DNA of 64,000 bases from Micavibrio sp. (GCA_020718085.1 DYDB01000005.1:4109-68108), one strand, 5' to 3'; positions 49,994 through 61,091 are shown, counted from the first letter of the stretch. Notes: generated by a model from the sequence alone, not told the origin. Program-made: numbers and translations.

Positions 49994-50692
49994 ATGTCAG
50001 GACATAATAAATGGTCAGGTATTAAACATCGTAAGGAAGCGCAGGATGCAAAACGTTCCAAAGTTTTCACGCGTATCGCTAAAGCTATTGCTGTTGCAGT
50101 ACAAGATGGCGGTCCGGATGTTGCAACCAACAACTCTTTACGAATTGCAATTGATCAAGCGCGCAAGGCAAATATGCCAAAGGAAAATATTGATCGCGCG
50201 ATCAAACGTGGCAGTGGTGCCGATGGCACACGCATCGAAGAGGTTGTTTATGAGGCAATGGGGCCCGGCGGTGTGGCAATGATGATCGCCTGTGCCACAG
50301 ACAACACCAATCGCACACTTACAGAAATAAAAACGATTCTCAAAAAAAATAATGGAAAATTTGTTCCTAGTGGCAGCGTTGCATTTCAGTTTGATTATGT
50401 TGGATATATCACAACAATTCCGAAAGATCGTGATGAAGCAGAAATGATCGCGATTGAAGCTGGTGCGGACGATGTTTTTATTGAGGATGACAGCGTTGTG
50501 ATCATTACAAAGCCACAAAATTTACATGCCGTACTTGCACAAATCACAGATGACATCACCGAAGCAAAACTTGTATACAACCCAACTCAAACCGTTCAAT
50601 TAAACGATGCAGACAGAGGGGTTTACGAGGCACTATATGATCTTTTGGATGGATCAGATGATGTTGTGGAGATCTTTGACAACATTGCTTAA
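49994..50692 (+). CDS. yebC: YebC/PmpR family protein
   Basis: MSGHNKWSGIKHRK, NMPKENI.RAI, TDNTNRT. Confidence 0.95.
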   Translation: MSGHNKWSGIKHRKEAQDAKRSKVFTRIAKAIAVAVQDGGPDVATNNSLRIAIDQARKANMPKENIDRAIKRGSGADGTRIEEVVYEAMGPGGVAMMIACATDNTNRTLTEIKTILKKNNGKFVPSGSVAFQFDYVGYITTIPKDRDEAEMIAIEAGADDVFIEDDSVVIITKPQNLHAVLAQITDDITEAKLVYNPTQTVQLNDADRGVYEALYDLLDGSDDVVEIFDNIA

Positions 50693-50723
50693 AAATGCTA
50701 TACTCATCAGTTAAAACAAAATT

Positions 50724-51236
50724 ATGGTTCGTATATTAGGTATAGATCCTGGAACGGCAATTGTGGGATGGGGTGTGATTGATTATAATTCGCAAAAACT
50801 CTCCAGCGCAGTTGTTGCATATGGTCACATTGAAACACCCGCGACACTTACTGACGCTGCACGTCTTGATGAAATTCATTCCGGCATCATTGATCTGATC
50901 AAAACATACAAGCCACAAGAAGCTGGGATTGAAGCGTTGTTTTATTTTAAAAATGCAAAGACTGTGATCACGGTTGCACAGGCACGTGGTGTAATTTTGC
51001 ACACCTGTTATAGACATCACCTTATCATTGGAGAATACACGCCTCTGCAAATAAAACAATCATTAACAGGTTATGGTCGCGCCAATAAAAATCAAATGCA
51101 GGAAATGATCAAAAACGTGTTAAAATTAAAAAAGATACCAGAGCCTGATGACACAGCTGATGCACTCGCTGTTGCAATCTGTCATAGTAATTCTCGCAAG
51201 TATTTACAAACCATTAAATCTCGCATTTATGCCTGA
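50724..51236 (+). CDS. ruvC: Crossover junction endonuclease RuvC
   Basis: ILGIDPG, E.LFYFKN, QARGV, DDTADALAVA. Confidence 0.96.
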   Translation: MVRILGIDPGTAIVGWGVIDYNSQKLSSAVVAYGHIETPATLTDAARLDEIHSGIIDLIKTYKPQEAGIEALFYFKNAKTVITVAQARGVILHTCYRHHLIIGEYTPLQIKQSLTGYGRANKNQMQEMIKNVLKLKKIPEPDDTADALAVAICHSNSRKYLQTIKSRIYA

Positions 51237-51921
51237 ACTATATTACAATCCGTTGATCAATTTTCTTCTCATGCAACACGTTGATATTTCCACAATCACC
51301 CTTCTTTTACTTTTTCCTGTAATCGTGACAGTTGTGGTAGTTTTGCGTCAAATTGTCGGCATTCAAGCTTTTGGTATTTATACACCATCAATCATCACAC
51401 TTGCATTCGTCTTTATTGGACAACAGCGCTGGTCGGATATCAAATATGCCATCATGGTCTATGTCACAGTGCTTTGTGTTGGCATGATGATGCGCTATGT
51501 GCTCAAAAAACTTAGACTTCTTTACTTACCACGCGTTGCCATAACCCTTACAGTTGTATCCTTTTCTGTTTTGGCAATTCTTGCTTTTGGCGGCAGCATG
51601 GGTCGCACAGGATTTGCATCAGCTCCCATTTTTCCCATTCTCATCATCATCATGCTAGTAGAAAAATTTGTAACTGTGCAAATCGAAAAAGGTTCGCGCA
51701 CAGCAATTATTCTTGCTGTTGAAACACTTTTTATCGCATTGGTGGGATATACAATTCTTTCTCCTACGACGATCATTGGTAAAACATTTATCAGCTTTAC
51801 CCTTATTCATACATGGGTTGTTCTCCTCATTATCCCAATCAACCTCTTCATCGGAAAATGGACCGGCTTGCGTCTTAGTGAGTATTTGCGTTTCCGAGAC
51901 GTTATCAAAAAAATTCAATAA
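51229..51921 (+). CDS. 7TM domain protein (transglutaminase/ATP-grasp-associated)
   Basis: RQIVGIQAFGIYTP, LLYLPR, FPILI, WTGLRLSEY.RF. Confidence 0.8.
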   Translation: MPELYYNPLINFLLMQHVDISTITLLLLFPVIVTVVVVLRQIVGIQAFGIYTPSIITLAFVFIGQQRWSDIKYAIMVYVTVLCVGMMMRYVLKKLRLLYLPRVAITLTVVSFSVLAILAFGGSMGRTGFASAPIFPILIIIMLVEKFVTVQIEKGSRTAIILAVETLFIALVGYTILSPTTIIGKTFISFTLIHTWVVLLIIPINLFIGKWTGLRLSEYLRFRDVIKKIQ

Positions 51922-51932
51922 TATTTGCGCTC

Positions 51933-53342
51933 ATGTTTATGTTGTTTTCCGCAAGCAAAAAGATTCTCGGGATGAATGCACGCAATCTCACCTACATTCG
52001 TCCAAATAATCGCAAAAAAGCGAAACGCCTTGCCGATGAAAAAATTACATCAAAGAAATTGCTCAAAAAAGCGGGAGTGCCTGTTCCGCGACTGATCGCA
52101 CAAATTTCTTCCCGTCGAACTTTGGAAAATTTTGACTGGACTATTCTTCCACCAAGCTTTGTACTTAAACCGAATCGCGGTTTGGGTGGTGATGGCATTA
52201 TTGTGGTATATGGTAGAAAAAAAGGTTCTACAGATACATGGGTGAGATCCAATGGCAAGCCAATCACGATCACAGATCTCAAAATGCACATCGGACATAT
52301 TCTTGATGGTGAATTTTCTCTTTCGGGCACACCGGACTTTGCTTTTTTTGAAGAACGTCTTAAACTTTCCAAAGAATTTCGCCCCTATGCCTACAGAGGA
52401 ATACCAGATATTCGTGTGATCGTTTATAATAAAGTTCCTGTCATGGCAATGTTGCGACTTCCGACAAAGGAGTCCGATGGAAAAGCAAATCTCCAACAAG
52501 GAGGAATAGGCGTGGGAATTGATATGGCTCGTGGTATCACTACAACGGCGGTGCAGGGGAAGTCACGCATTGTGGAGTACGTACCTGACACGCGACTTTT
52601 GCTTTCTGGTATTAAAATTCCTTATTGGGATGAGATTCTTCATCTTGCCATTAAATCACAAATCGCTTCGGGACTTGGTTATCTCGGTGCAGATATTGCG
52701 ATCGATCGTGACAATGGGCCAGTAATACTTGAACTTAATGCACGACCAGGTCTTTCCATTCAAGTTGCAAATCTCGCTGGACTTAAACGTCGTCTTGAGC
52801 GTGTAGAGGGACTCAAAATCAATACCATTGCTCGAGGCATTGCTGTTGGTAAAAATCTTTTTGGCGGTGAGATCGAAGAAGAACTTGAAAGTGTTTCAGG
52901 GAAAAGCGTCATCGGTCCAGTGGAAAAAGTTGAGATCATTGGCATCGCAAATAAAAAGATAACCACACAAGCAAAGATCGACACTGGCGCATATTCCACA
53001 TCAATCGACACTGAGCTTGCCCGTGAACTTGGCTTTGGACCAACAATTGATTCATTTGCCAAGATCGACCTCACGGAGTTTGGAGAAGTCACTGAAAAAG
53101 GCCTCGGGATAGGCAAAAAGATTGAAAAAAAATATGGTAGTCGCATCCCTCATCTCATTGAAACATCCGTAACATGGTCTTCCAGCGGCGTCACAATTCG
53201 TCCGATCGTAAAACTCACATTTGTCATGGACAAAAAATCCATCACAACAAAAGTGAACATCGTGGATCGCAGCGACCTAAAATACAATATGATCATCGGT
53301 AAAAGAAACCTTGGAAAATTTCTTGTAGATGTCAGTAAATAA
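51933..53342 (+). CDS. Alpha-L-glutamate ligase-like ATP-grasp protein fused to an aspartic protease domain
   Basis: LGMNARN, VLKP, GIPDIRV, ANLQQGG, ELNARPGL; C-terminal AKIDTGA...IIG. Confidence 0.85.
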   Translation: MFMLFSASKKILGMNARNLTYIRPNNRKKAKRLADEKITSKKLLKKAGVPVPRLIAQISSRRTLENFDWTILPPSFVLKPNRGLGGDGIIVVYGRKKGSTDTWVRSNGKPITITDLKMHIGHILDGEFSLSGTPDFAFFEERLKLSKEFRPYAYRGIPDIRVIVYNKVPVMAMLRLPTKESDGKANLQQGGIGVGIDMARGITTTAVQGKSRIVEYVPDTRLLLSGIKIPYWDEILHLAIKSQIASGLGYLGADIAIDRDNGPVILELNARPGLSIQVANLAGLKRRLERVEGLKINTIARGIAVGKNLFGGEIEEELESVSGKSVIGPVEKVEIIGIANKKITTQAKIDTGAYSTSIDTELARELGFGPTIDSFAKIDLTEFGEVTEKGLGIGKKIEKKYGSRIPHLIETSVTWSSSGVTIRPIVKLTFVMDKKSITTKVNIVDRSDLKYNMIIGKRNLGKFLVDVSK

Positions 53343-53450
53343 AAGATCATTTTTTTAGACACATATCCTGTGATGTGTCCAATCTGTCATATGTAGACAT
53401 AATCGACACTTCTCTTTTTTACTACTGATATATTTTTATACACACTTTTT

Positions 53451-54338
53451 ATGAAAATTGCATATTTTGGATACAAAAAAGAGAGTTATGCTCCCAAAAC
53501 CATTATCGACTTTTGTAAAAAAAATGGTCACAAAATTACATTTTTCAATGTTGATGATCTACTTTTCTGTAATGGCACCCTAACTAAAAATTTATCACCC
53601 TTAAATTTAGATGATTTTGATGCAGCAATTATCCGTAGTCATGGAAGAGTGACCGATGATACCTATCAAGAAAATTTTGTTTTTACATATCACATAAATA
53701 AGTTACTGCATGATCACTCCATCCCAACGATCAATGGCGCCTTTTTTATTAAAAATCCCTTTTTTGATAAGTTCTCACAATCCCTTTTTTTCGCCCAAAG
53801 AGATATTCCGACAATTCCGACAATCTACAGCGCGTCACCATCTAAACTGCAAAGGAAACATATTCCTTGGGACTTTCCTCTGATCATAAAGGAGATCAAT
53901 GGCTCTTTTGGCTTATCTGTACACAAAATCGATATGTACACAGATTTGGCCATCTGGACTAAAAAAAATCCACATGCACAGATCATTCTACAACAGTTTA
54001 TTCCAGCCACATGTGATTATCGCGTGATCGTTTGTGGAAAAAAAGCGCTAGGCATCATGAGAAGATCCAGCATATCAAATGGATGGAAGCATAATTTTTC
54101 CCAAGGTGCTACAATAGAGGCATACTCTGATGAGCGCATGTCCAAATTTGCCGAACATGTGGCACAAAAATTGCACTGTGATTTTGTTGGTGTGGATATT
54201 ATCGTTGATCAGAAAGGAAATTATTTGGTTGTTGAAATAAACTTATCTGCAAATTTTAAGGGCTTTGAAAAAATTCATGCCAAATATCTTGTAGGAAAAA
54301 ACATTATTGAAACACTTGCTCAAAAAAAAATTTATTAA
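53451..54338 (+). CDS. RimK-like ATP-grasp ligase 1
   Basis: DK, FPLIIK..GSFG, QQFI, DYRV, WKHNFSQG, GVD, EIN. Confidence 0.85.
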   Translation: MKIAYFGYKKESYAPKTIIDFCKKNGHKITFFNVDDLLFCNGTLTKNLSPLNLDDFDAAIIRSHGRVTDDTYQENFVFTYHINKLLHDHSIPTINGAFFIKNPFFDKFSQSLFFAQRDIPTIPTIYSASPSKLQRKHIPWDFPLIIKEINGSFGLSVHKIDMYTDLAIWTKKNPHAQIILQQFIPATCDYRVIVCGKKALGIMRRSSISNGWKHNFSQGATIEAYSDERMSKFAEHVAQKLHCDFVGVDIIVDQKGNYLVVEINLSANFKGFEKIHAKYLVGKNIIETLAQKKIY

Positions 54339-54348
54339 GATCATCTCT

Positions 54349-55209
54349 ATGAAAAGATCATTTGCTATTATTGGACCAAAAAGATCACAAAATACCATGG
54401 ATCTTCATAATGAGATCGAAAAACGTGGACATGCCTGCACTATATACACTATCAATGATATATCCGTCAATACACAAAATTATGCTTTGCACCCGTTTTT
54501 TTCTCATGATATTTATTTATTCCGCGGGTACAATAGATCAATTGGTTTTGCACGATCACTTGCCACAATACTCCATTCACTTCATAAAACAGTTATAGAT
54601 AACATTCTGTATACATCGACCCTGAGCAATAAATTTCAAGAATCCATTCTATTAAAAGAAAGAAATATACCACAACCACCAACATATTATGCTTGCTCTT
54701 CGCAACAATGGGAGTTTATTTTGAAAGACATCTCCTTTCCTCTTGTTGTAAAACCCATAAATGGTCAACAGGGACAGGGTATTCACAAATGCTTTACAAT
54801 GGAAGAAGTGCTTGATGTTGTCAAAAGTGATGAAAAAAACTTCATTGCACAAGAATTTTTACCCGCTGATGGAGATGTGCGCATTTTCATAGTCGATCAA
54901 GAGATATTGGGAGCAATAAAACGATTTATCATACCAGGTGATTTCAGATCAAATGCTTCGCTAGGCGCTCGTACCGAAACATATCATTTGTCATCAAAAG
55001 AAAAAGAAATTGCCTTAGCTGCTCATAAGGCATTGGGATATAATGTTTCCGGTGTTGATATGATCATTTCACATGATAAACAGTACATATTAGAGGTGAA
55101 CCACACACCGCAGTGGCAAGCATTTAAGAGAACGACAGACATACATCCGGAACCACATATAATCAATTTTGCATTACACCAATATGAAAAAGAAAATCGG
55201 CTTCAATAA
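54349..55209 (+). CDS. RimK-like ATP-grasp ligase 2
   Basis: FPLVVKP..GQQG, QEFL, DVRI, DFRSNASLG, GVD, EVN.TP. Confidence 0.88.
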   Translation: MKRSFAIIGPKRSQNTMDLHNEIEKRGHACTIYTINDISVNTQNYALHPFFSHDIYLFRGYNRSIGFARSLATILHSLHKTVIDNILYTSTLSNKFQESILLKERNIPQPPTYYACSSQQWEFILKDISFPLVVKPINGQQGQGIHKCFTMEEVLDVVKSDEKNFIAQEFLPADGDVRIFIVDQEILGAIKRFIIPGDFRSNASLGARTETYHLSSKEKEIALAAHKALGYNVSGVDMIISHDKQYILEVNHTPQWQAFKRTTDIHPEPHIINFALHQYEKENRLQ

Positions 55210-56119
55210 AAAAATACAAGGCATTTTTGATGCACAAATGATCTTGCAGATAAAGGAATCTCTATCAAAAAAAATTGATTGCGAGATAATAGATGTTGAT
55301 TTTCGTGAGGGGGTCATCATAAATGATCGCGTTTTTGTCAACGATATATGTCTTAATGACTTGGACCTATATTTTTGGCATGATACCGTTTACCCTCGTG
55401 TGTGGGGTGCTGACAATCACTTTTTGCACATTTTATCCGTATTGGAAAAAACTACTCCAGTTGTAAACTCAAGTAATAGCACGCGCATTGTAAATGACAA
55501 ATTTCTCGCACATTCCGCTCTCAAAAACGCTCATATTCCCGTGGGGGATTTTGCACTCGTACGAGCTGACGATACACAAAATCTTCGTCGTATTTTTTCA
55601 CTATTTAACAACGATGTCCTCCTAAAACCACGCTTCGGTGGCTGGGGAATCGGTATCGCACGCGCCACAAAAATTGACGAGCTTCTGAGCACTGTAGAAT
55701 ATATGATGAGTTTTGTACCGAGATCACATCAATCCATTCTGATTGAAAAATTTCACAAAAATGATCTTTCCAAGTGGATATCTGTTGCACTATTTGGAGA
55801 TAAGATCCTCTTTGGTTATAGAAAACAGCTCATGGGAGATGCCGACTGGAAGATCTACGACCCAAAAAAGATCGACGGAAAAGGTTTGCTTTCCACATTT
55901 ATCGATCCTCCACAAGAAGCAAAAAATATCGTTCTGGCCGCACAAAAAGCAATCGGAAAAGACATTATCGGATTTGATCTCATTTACACAGAAGATGGCT
56001 ATAAGATCATCGATGAGAATGGGCGTCCCGGTTTATATAAAAATTGCATCGATACTGCAGGAATTGATATAGCCTCTGAAATAACAGTGCTTGTAGAGAA
56101 AAAATTTGACCAAATATAA
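55184..56119 (+). CDS. Divergent ATP-grasp ligase 3
   Basis: VVN, NDK, LLKPRFGGWG, GFD, IDENGRPG. Confidence 0.8.
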   Translation: MKKKIGFNKKIQGIFDAQMILQIKESLSKKIDCEIIDVDFREGVIINDRVFVNDICLNDLDLYFWHDTVYPRVWGADNHFLHILSVLEKTTPVVNSSNSTRIVNDKFLAHSALKNAHIPVGDFALVRADDTQNLRRIFSLFNNDVLLKPRFGGWGIGIARATKIDELLSTVEYMMSFVPRSHQSILIEKFHKNDLSKWISVALFGDKILFGYRKQLMGDADWKIYDPKKIDGKGLLSTFIDPPQEAKNIVLAAQKAIGKDIIGFDLIYTEDGYKIIDENGRPGLYKNCIDTAGIDIASEITVLVEKKFDQI

Positions 56120-56131
56120 AACTGTTTACTA

Positions 56132-57991
56132 CTATATATTTTCCAAAGATGCTTCCTCCGAAGCATCTTTTTGTTCTTTGAGAAGATATTGATCTTTAAT
56201 CCGATCCCATATTGCAAAAACATGTTTTTGTGCCGTCTGAATTTCTCCTGTATCCATAAGGCCAATCTCTAGAAGCGTAGTAAGAGTGGAGAGATTCATA
56301 CCGGAAAAAAATAAATATTTTTCCAAACCTTTTTCTTGTAGTTTTCGTGCGAGCATAATTTGTTCAAGATATGCCGTATCTTTGCTTTTTGTAAGATGTG
56401 CTGATGATAAACTAAGATCAGCACTATGGCGAAAGAGTCGTTTTGCACGAGCTATCGCCAATCGTATTTGTTCTCTATTTTGTTTTTCGAACTCATCATC
56501 AGATATTTGATTCATTTTCTTCTTCTGAAGCAAAGTGTGTGCACTACTATCATAAGATGCCTTTACACAGTCCATATAGTTACCACCTTCCATTTTTTTG
56601 ATCATTGCACGTACATAATGCGGATTCCCGAGTGACCCTGTGCCAAATATTTCTCGCGCGACATGATCCTGCAACAACATTGCTCCGCCTTCGGCAAAAA
56701 CACTGGAGCGATCCCCTTTGATCTTTTTAAAAAGTCGTAGCGGTATTTTGGAGCTATTGATCGATTGAAGGACATGCCCGATTTCGTGACCGAGCGCTAC
56801 TGTCATCGTATGATAAATATCCTTATTTTTTGTATCAGATTTGATAACTTTTTGTTTTCCATCTATGCTCATGGATTTATAACTATCCTTTGCAATAAAT
56901 TGCCATTTATCGTCCGGCGCCGCACCACTGCGCTTAGCATCATATGTTTCCGGACCGTATGCACTTTTAAGTCCGTACATTTCCAAAAGCTCATTAATGA
57001 GAGTTGTGATTTTCTCAATCGACATATCTTTTGCAAAAACCTTTTCCGGGTCATAGCCTTTTTCCACAATTTTCTGATATTTTTCACTATTACTGCGTTC
57101 ATATTCCACGGAAATCTGCTCGGCGAAACTTTTTAACGTATCACTAATTTGTACACGTTCCCCCTCTGTATAATTCTTATCAGCACCATGGATAAATTTA
57201 TCTCTCCGTGAAAGATTTTTTTGCACATTTTGCATGCCCTTTTGCATTTTTAACAACTCTTTTTCTTCCTCCGTCAATAGATCCTCACCAATAGTTTGCA
57301 TCAGATCCACAACAAGTGAGCTATCAAAAAAATCTTCCGTCAATATCTGATTGTATTTTTTTCTGTATAATTCAATGATCTTTTTCTTCGCAAGATCACA
57401 TTGACTCATATTGCTCAAAGATGCATTGATTTTTTTTACATCATTTTTAAATACTGTTAATTCTGCAATTTTGCCCGCCAATTTTTCTGGCGTTAATAGC
57501 ACATCAATACCTCGCGGATTTGGAATTTCTTTTATATCAATAGTATTTAGTTCATCATTGCGCACAGATAATTGATGCAATAGCATCTCATCATAATATT
57601 TCACAGAAAGCGCTGCGAGGCTTTTTAGATCATCATATTTAACCTGCCGCAAAACATCCCTGTTCAAAAATAGTGTCTTTTTAATATCCTGTTCATTATC
57701 CATATCTGACAAAGTCACACCTGTCACTTGCTCAAATTTGTCACGCCCTTGTGACGTTAAAAAATATTCCACATAAAATGTCACTTTTTGCACTGTGATA
57801 TCGGTAATTTTTTCGAAACGTTTTCCAAGAGCATCCTCAAAATCAAGTATTTCTTCTCGTTCTTGCTCTGACAATCTCATCGGTTGAATCAATTTTCTTT
57901 CAAACCCGTCAACAATATCAACTTGTTCATCAAGGCGATCGAACATACGCTGTGGATATAAAGACTGTTTTTCTATTGACCCCTGTTCCAT
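56132..57991 (-). CDS. Zincin metallopeptidase, DUF1704/MATCAP-like
   Basis: HEIGH, downstream AEGG and KDTAYL motifs in the C-terminal half. Confidence 0.6.
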   Translation of the reverse strand: MEQGSIEKQSLYPQRMFDRLDEQVDIVDGFERKLIQPMRLSEQEREEILDFEDALGKRFEKITDITVQKVTFYVEYFLTSQGRDKFEQVTGVTLSDMDNEQDIKKTLFLNRDVLRQVKYDDLKSLAALSVKYYDEMLLHQLSVRNDELNTIDIKEIPNPRGIDVLLTPEKLAGKIAELTVFKNDVKKINASLSNMSQCDLAKKKIIELYRKKYNQILTEDFFDSSLVVDLMQTIGEDLLTEEEKELLKMQKGMQNVQKNLSRRDKFIHGADKNYTEGERVQISDTLKSFAEQISVEYERSNSEKYQKIVEKGYDPEKVFAKDMSIEKITTLINELLEMYGLKSAYGPETYDAKRSGAAPDDKWQFIAKDSYKSMSIDGKQKVIKSDTKNKDIYHTMTVALGHEIGHVLQSINSSKIPLRLFKKIKGDRSSVFAEGGAMLLQDHVAREIFGTGSLGNPHYVRAMIKKMEGGNYMDCVKASYDSSAHTLLQKKKMNQISDDEFEKQNREQIRLAIARAKRLFRHSADLSLSSAHLTKSKDTAYLEQIMLARKLQEKGLEKYLFFSGMNLSTLTTLLEIGLMDTGEIQTAQKHVFAIWDRIKDQYLLKEQKDASEEASLENI

Positions 57992-58135
57992 ATTGTGTAA
58001 ATTATTTTTTACGAAAAGAAATTTGCGCTTATTATAACACGATCACATAATAATGCTTTACAAAAAGGCTTTTTTTCTTTATAATACATTAACTTCGTTT
58101 TCAAAAACACAATAAAGAGTGTATGATAAAACCAT

Positions 58136-60766
58136 ATGAAAAACATGTATTCGCGCTATAATACACGCACGCAGCCCTATCGCCGTGAGCAATATACTGC
58201 CACTAAAAAGGGCGCCCTTTTACGCTTGTGGCAAAAGATCACAAAATTTTTTACCGTTAAAAAATCACTGTCCTCTCAAAACAAACGAGGTTCACGTGAC
58301 ATCCGTTCGCGAATGTTCCTTTTTTTGAGATTTTTTGGCACTCTCTGTGCTATTGGATTTCTCTTTGTCATTGGTATATTTGCATATTTTGCCAAAGATC
58401 TGCCAGAACCTGGAAAGATCAATGCCCGTTCAATTGATGAAAGCACAAAGATCTACGACCGCACAGGCACAGTACTTCTCTATGATATTCATGGTGAGGA
58501 AAAGCGCACCCTCATTCCACAAGAAGAAATCCCTCTCGTAGTCAAACAGGCAACGATTGCACTGGAAGATCGGAATTTTTATCATCATCCAGGATTTGAT
58601 GTAAAAGGTGTGATCAACGCCGTAATTTCAAATATTTTCAATATTGGTGCGGGTCGCGGCGGTTCCACAATCACACAACAATTTGTAAAAAATTCGATTC
58701 TCACTGATGAGCGCAGTGTTACTCGCAAGATTAAGGAACTTATTCTCGCTGTAGAAATCGAGCTGAGATTCTCCAAAGATGAAATATTGGGAATGTATCT
58801 CAATGAAATTCCTTACGGATCCAATGCATACGGCATTGAAGCGGCATCGCAAACATTCTTCAACAAGCATGCAAAAGATCTAACGTTGGATGAAGCAACA
58901 ATTCTTGCCTCCTTACCACAGGCACCTTCTCGCTATTCGCCCTATGGTTCATACATAGATCGATTGAAAATCCGCCAAGAATATGCCCTTGATCAAATGG
59001 CGGATCTTGGATATATCAGTGCAGATGCTGCAAAAAGCGCAAAAGAGACAAATGTTTTTGCAAAACTTGCCAAGAATTCGGAAAATATCAAAGCTCCCCA
59101 TTTTGTCATGTATGTACGTGATTATCTTGAAGAACAATATGGCACAGAACTTCTCGAAAAAGAAGGCCTTAGAGTGATCACCACGCTCGATTGGGATAAA
59201 CAACAAATTGCTGAGAAGATCGTTCACGATAAAGCAATAGAAAATGAAGAAAAATATGATGCCGAAAATGCTGCACTCGTAGCCGTGGATCCGCAAAATG
59301 GTGATGTAATTACCATGGTGGGCTCACGTGATTATTTTGATGAAAAAATTGATGGTCAAGTAAATGTCGCCATCCGTGACAGACAGCCAGGATCCTCCTT
59401 CAAACCCTATGCCTATCTTTATGCATTTAAAAAAGGTTACACACCAGAGACCATTCTCTTCGATGTTGAAACAAACTTTGGCGTTGATGGAGCTGAGGAC
59501 TATGTTCCACAAAATTACGATGGCACATTTCGCGGTCCAGTAAAAATGAAAGATGCGCTTGCAATGTCATTGAATATTCCTGCCGTTAAAACATTATATT
59601 TAGCAAATCCAGAAGAGGTTATTACGTTTGCAAAACAACTTGGCATTACAAGTCTACAAGACCCAAAGCGCTATGGGCTATCTCTTGTGCTTGGGGGTGG
59701 CGAAGTTAAGCTCCTTGATCATACAGCTGCATTTTCTGTACTTGCCAACAATGGTATAAAGCATGAAAAACGCGCTGTGCTTAGCATTACTGATAAAAAT
59801 GGAGAAAAAATCTTCGAGGCGCAAACTACTGAGGGGGAACGTGTAATTGATGAAAAATATGTTGCCATGCTTTCTCACATTCTCTCAACTAATAAATATC
59901 GTGTTCCAACGTTCGGTGAAAACAGTGTTTTAAAATTCGATGATCGCCCAGTTGCAGCAAAAACCGGTACCACAAATCAAAATCGTGATGCTTGGGTAAT
60001 GGGTTATACGCCAGATATTGCCGTAGGTATATGGAGTGGAAATAACGACAATTCTTCTATGAGTAGTTATGGCGCTGGCGTTAGTGCATCAGGTCCAATA
60101 TTTCGTGATTTTATCGTACAAGCTTATCCAGATCCATCTGGTAAGGAATTTCCAAAATACGACAAGGATGAAAACAAGACAAACAAGGACATCCTTGACG
60201 GTGAGCTTCCTGACATGGAAAAAGTTGAGATATGTGAAATTCCTGGAGAGGATGACAAATATTGTAAAGCAAATAAATATTGTCCGGACAGTAAAAAGGA
60301 TAAGATTCTTTTTGCTGACATCCACAACATTCTCTATTATGTTTCCAAGGATGATCCTCGTGGCGATAAGCCTGAAAATCCAAAATCTGATCCTCAGTTC
60401 AAAAATTGGGAAAAAGGTGTCAAAAAATATTACACAGACAAAGATAAAGATGCGATCTTTGATGAAATTCCCGAGGATTGCAAAGAGGAAGATTTTGAAG
60501 ATCTTACGGCAGAAATCTCCCTATCTGTTCCAGATTCAATTGATTCCGACAAACTCACTATCAAAGTTGACCCAAAAACAGACTATGAGATCGAAAAGAT
60601 CGAATATTACATTGAAGGAGACAGGAAAGCAGAAACAAAGGATGAAAAATATGAATATTCCATTCCGTCAAGTCAAAATAATTCCACAATTACTGTTGAG
60701 GTAATTCTTACAGATTCTGCAGGCAACACAGCTTCTGCAAAAAAATCCGTATCCGTAGCTTACTAA
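58136..60766 (+). CDS. Class A penicillin-binding protein (PBP1A family)
   Basis: EDRNF, GGSTITQQ, RKIKE, PGSSFKP, SLN, KTGT; acidic/Ig-like C-terminus. Confidence 0.95.
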   Translation: MKNMYSRYNTRTQPYRREQYTATKKGALLRLWQKITKFFTVKKSLSSQNKRGSRDIRSRMFLFLRFFGTLCAIGFLFVIGIFAYFAKDLPEPGKINARSIDESTKIYDRTGTVLLYDIHGEEKRTLIPQEEIPLVVKQATIALEDRNFYHHPGFDVKGVINAVISNIFNIGAGRGGSTITQQFVKNSILTDERSVTRKIKELILAVEIELRFSKDEILGMYLNEIPYGSNAYGIEAASQTFFNKHAKDLTLDEATILASLPQAPSRYSPYGSYIDRLKIRQEYALDQMADLGYISADAAKSAKETNVFAKLAKNSENIKAPHFVMYVRDYLEEQYGTELLEKEGLRVITTLDWDKQQIAEKIVHDKAIENEEKYDAENAALVAVDPQNGDVITMVGSRDYFDEKIDGQVNVAIRDRQPGSSFKPYAYLYAFKKGYTPETILFDVETNFGVDGAEDYVPQNYDGTFRGPVKMKDALAMSLNIPAVKTLYLANPEEVITFAKQLGITSLQDPKRYGLSLVLGGGEVKLLDHTAAFSVLANNGIKHEKRAVLSITDKNGEKIFEAQTTEGERVIDEKYVAMLSHILSTNKYRVPTFGENSVLKFDDRPVAAKTGTTNQNRDAWVMGYTPDIAVGIWSGNNDNSSMSSYGAGVSASGPIFRDFIVQAYPDPSGKEFPKYDKDENKTNKDILDGELPDMEKVEICEIPGEDDKYCKANKYCPDSKKDKILFADIHNILYYVSKDDPRGDKPENPKSDPQFKNWEKGVKKYYTDKDKDAIFDEIPEDCKEEDFEDLTAEISLSVPDSIDSDKLTIKVDPKTDYEIEKIEYYIEGDRKAETKDEKYEYSIPSSQNNSTITVEVILTDSAGNTASAKKSVSVAY

Positions 60767-60780
60767 AAAAAATCGCCATC

Positions 60781-61086
60781 TTATGTGGCGATTTTTATCA
60801 TTTTTACAACCTTACGACCAATCTTTTCATTAAGTGCATCTACAAAAAAATCTCGACGAAGCCAGATCTCCTGCGCCCAAATTGCATTGTGGATCGCAAT
60901 GAATATTGTACCATTTTTATATAGTTTTGGAACAATATTTTTTTCACCTTGTCGCCCATATTCCTCACGTACTGCACGTGCAAAGAGATGCATGATCGTT
61001 TGTTCATCAATAACACTGTTTGTTGAGGTGTTTTTTACATGAGCACTTTTTTGCTTTTTTTGAATATATGCATCAATTCCTTTCAT
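60781..61086 (-). CDS. DUF721/DciA family helicase loader
   Basis: G.IFI...NAIWAQEI...LN.KIG pattern, downstream of dnaN. Confidence 0.7.
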   Translation of the reverse strand: MKGIDAYIQKKQKSAHVKNTSTNSVIDEQTIMHLFARAVREEYGRQGEKNIVPKLYKNGTIFIAIHNAIWAQEIWLRRDFFVDALNEKIGRKVVKMIKIAT

Positions 61087-61091
61087 GTATT

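Noticed and set aside
60069-60704. 211-aa overlapping ORF in PBP1A
   Set aside because: Alternative frame of a Lys/Asp/Glu-rich region
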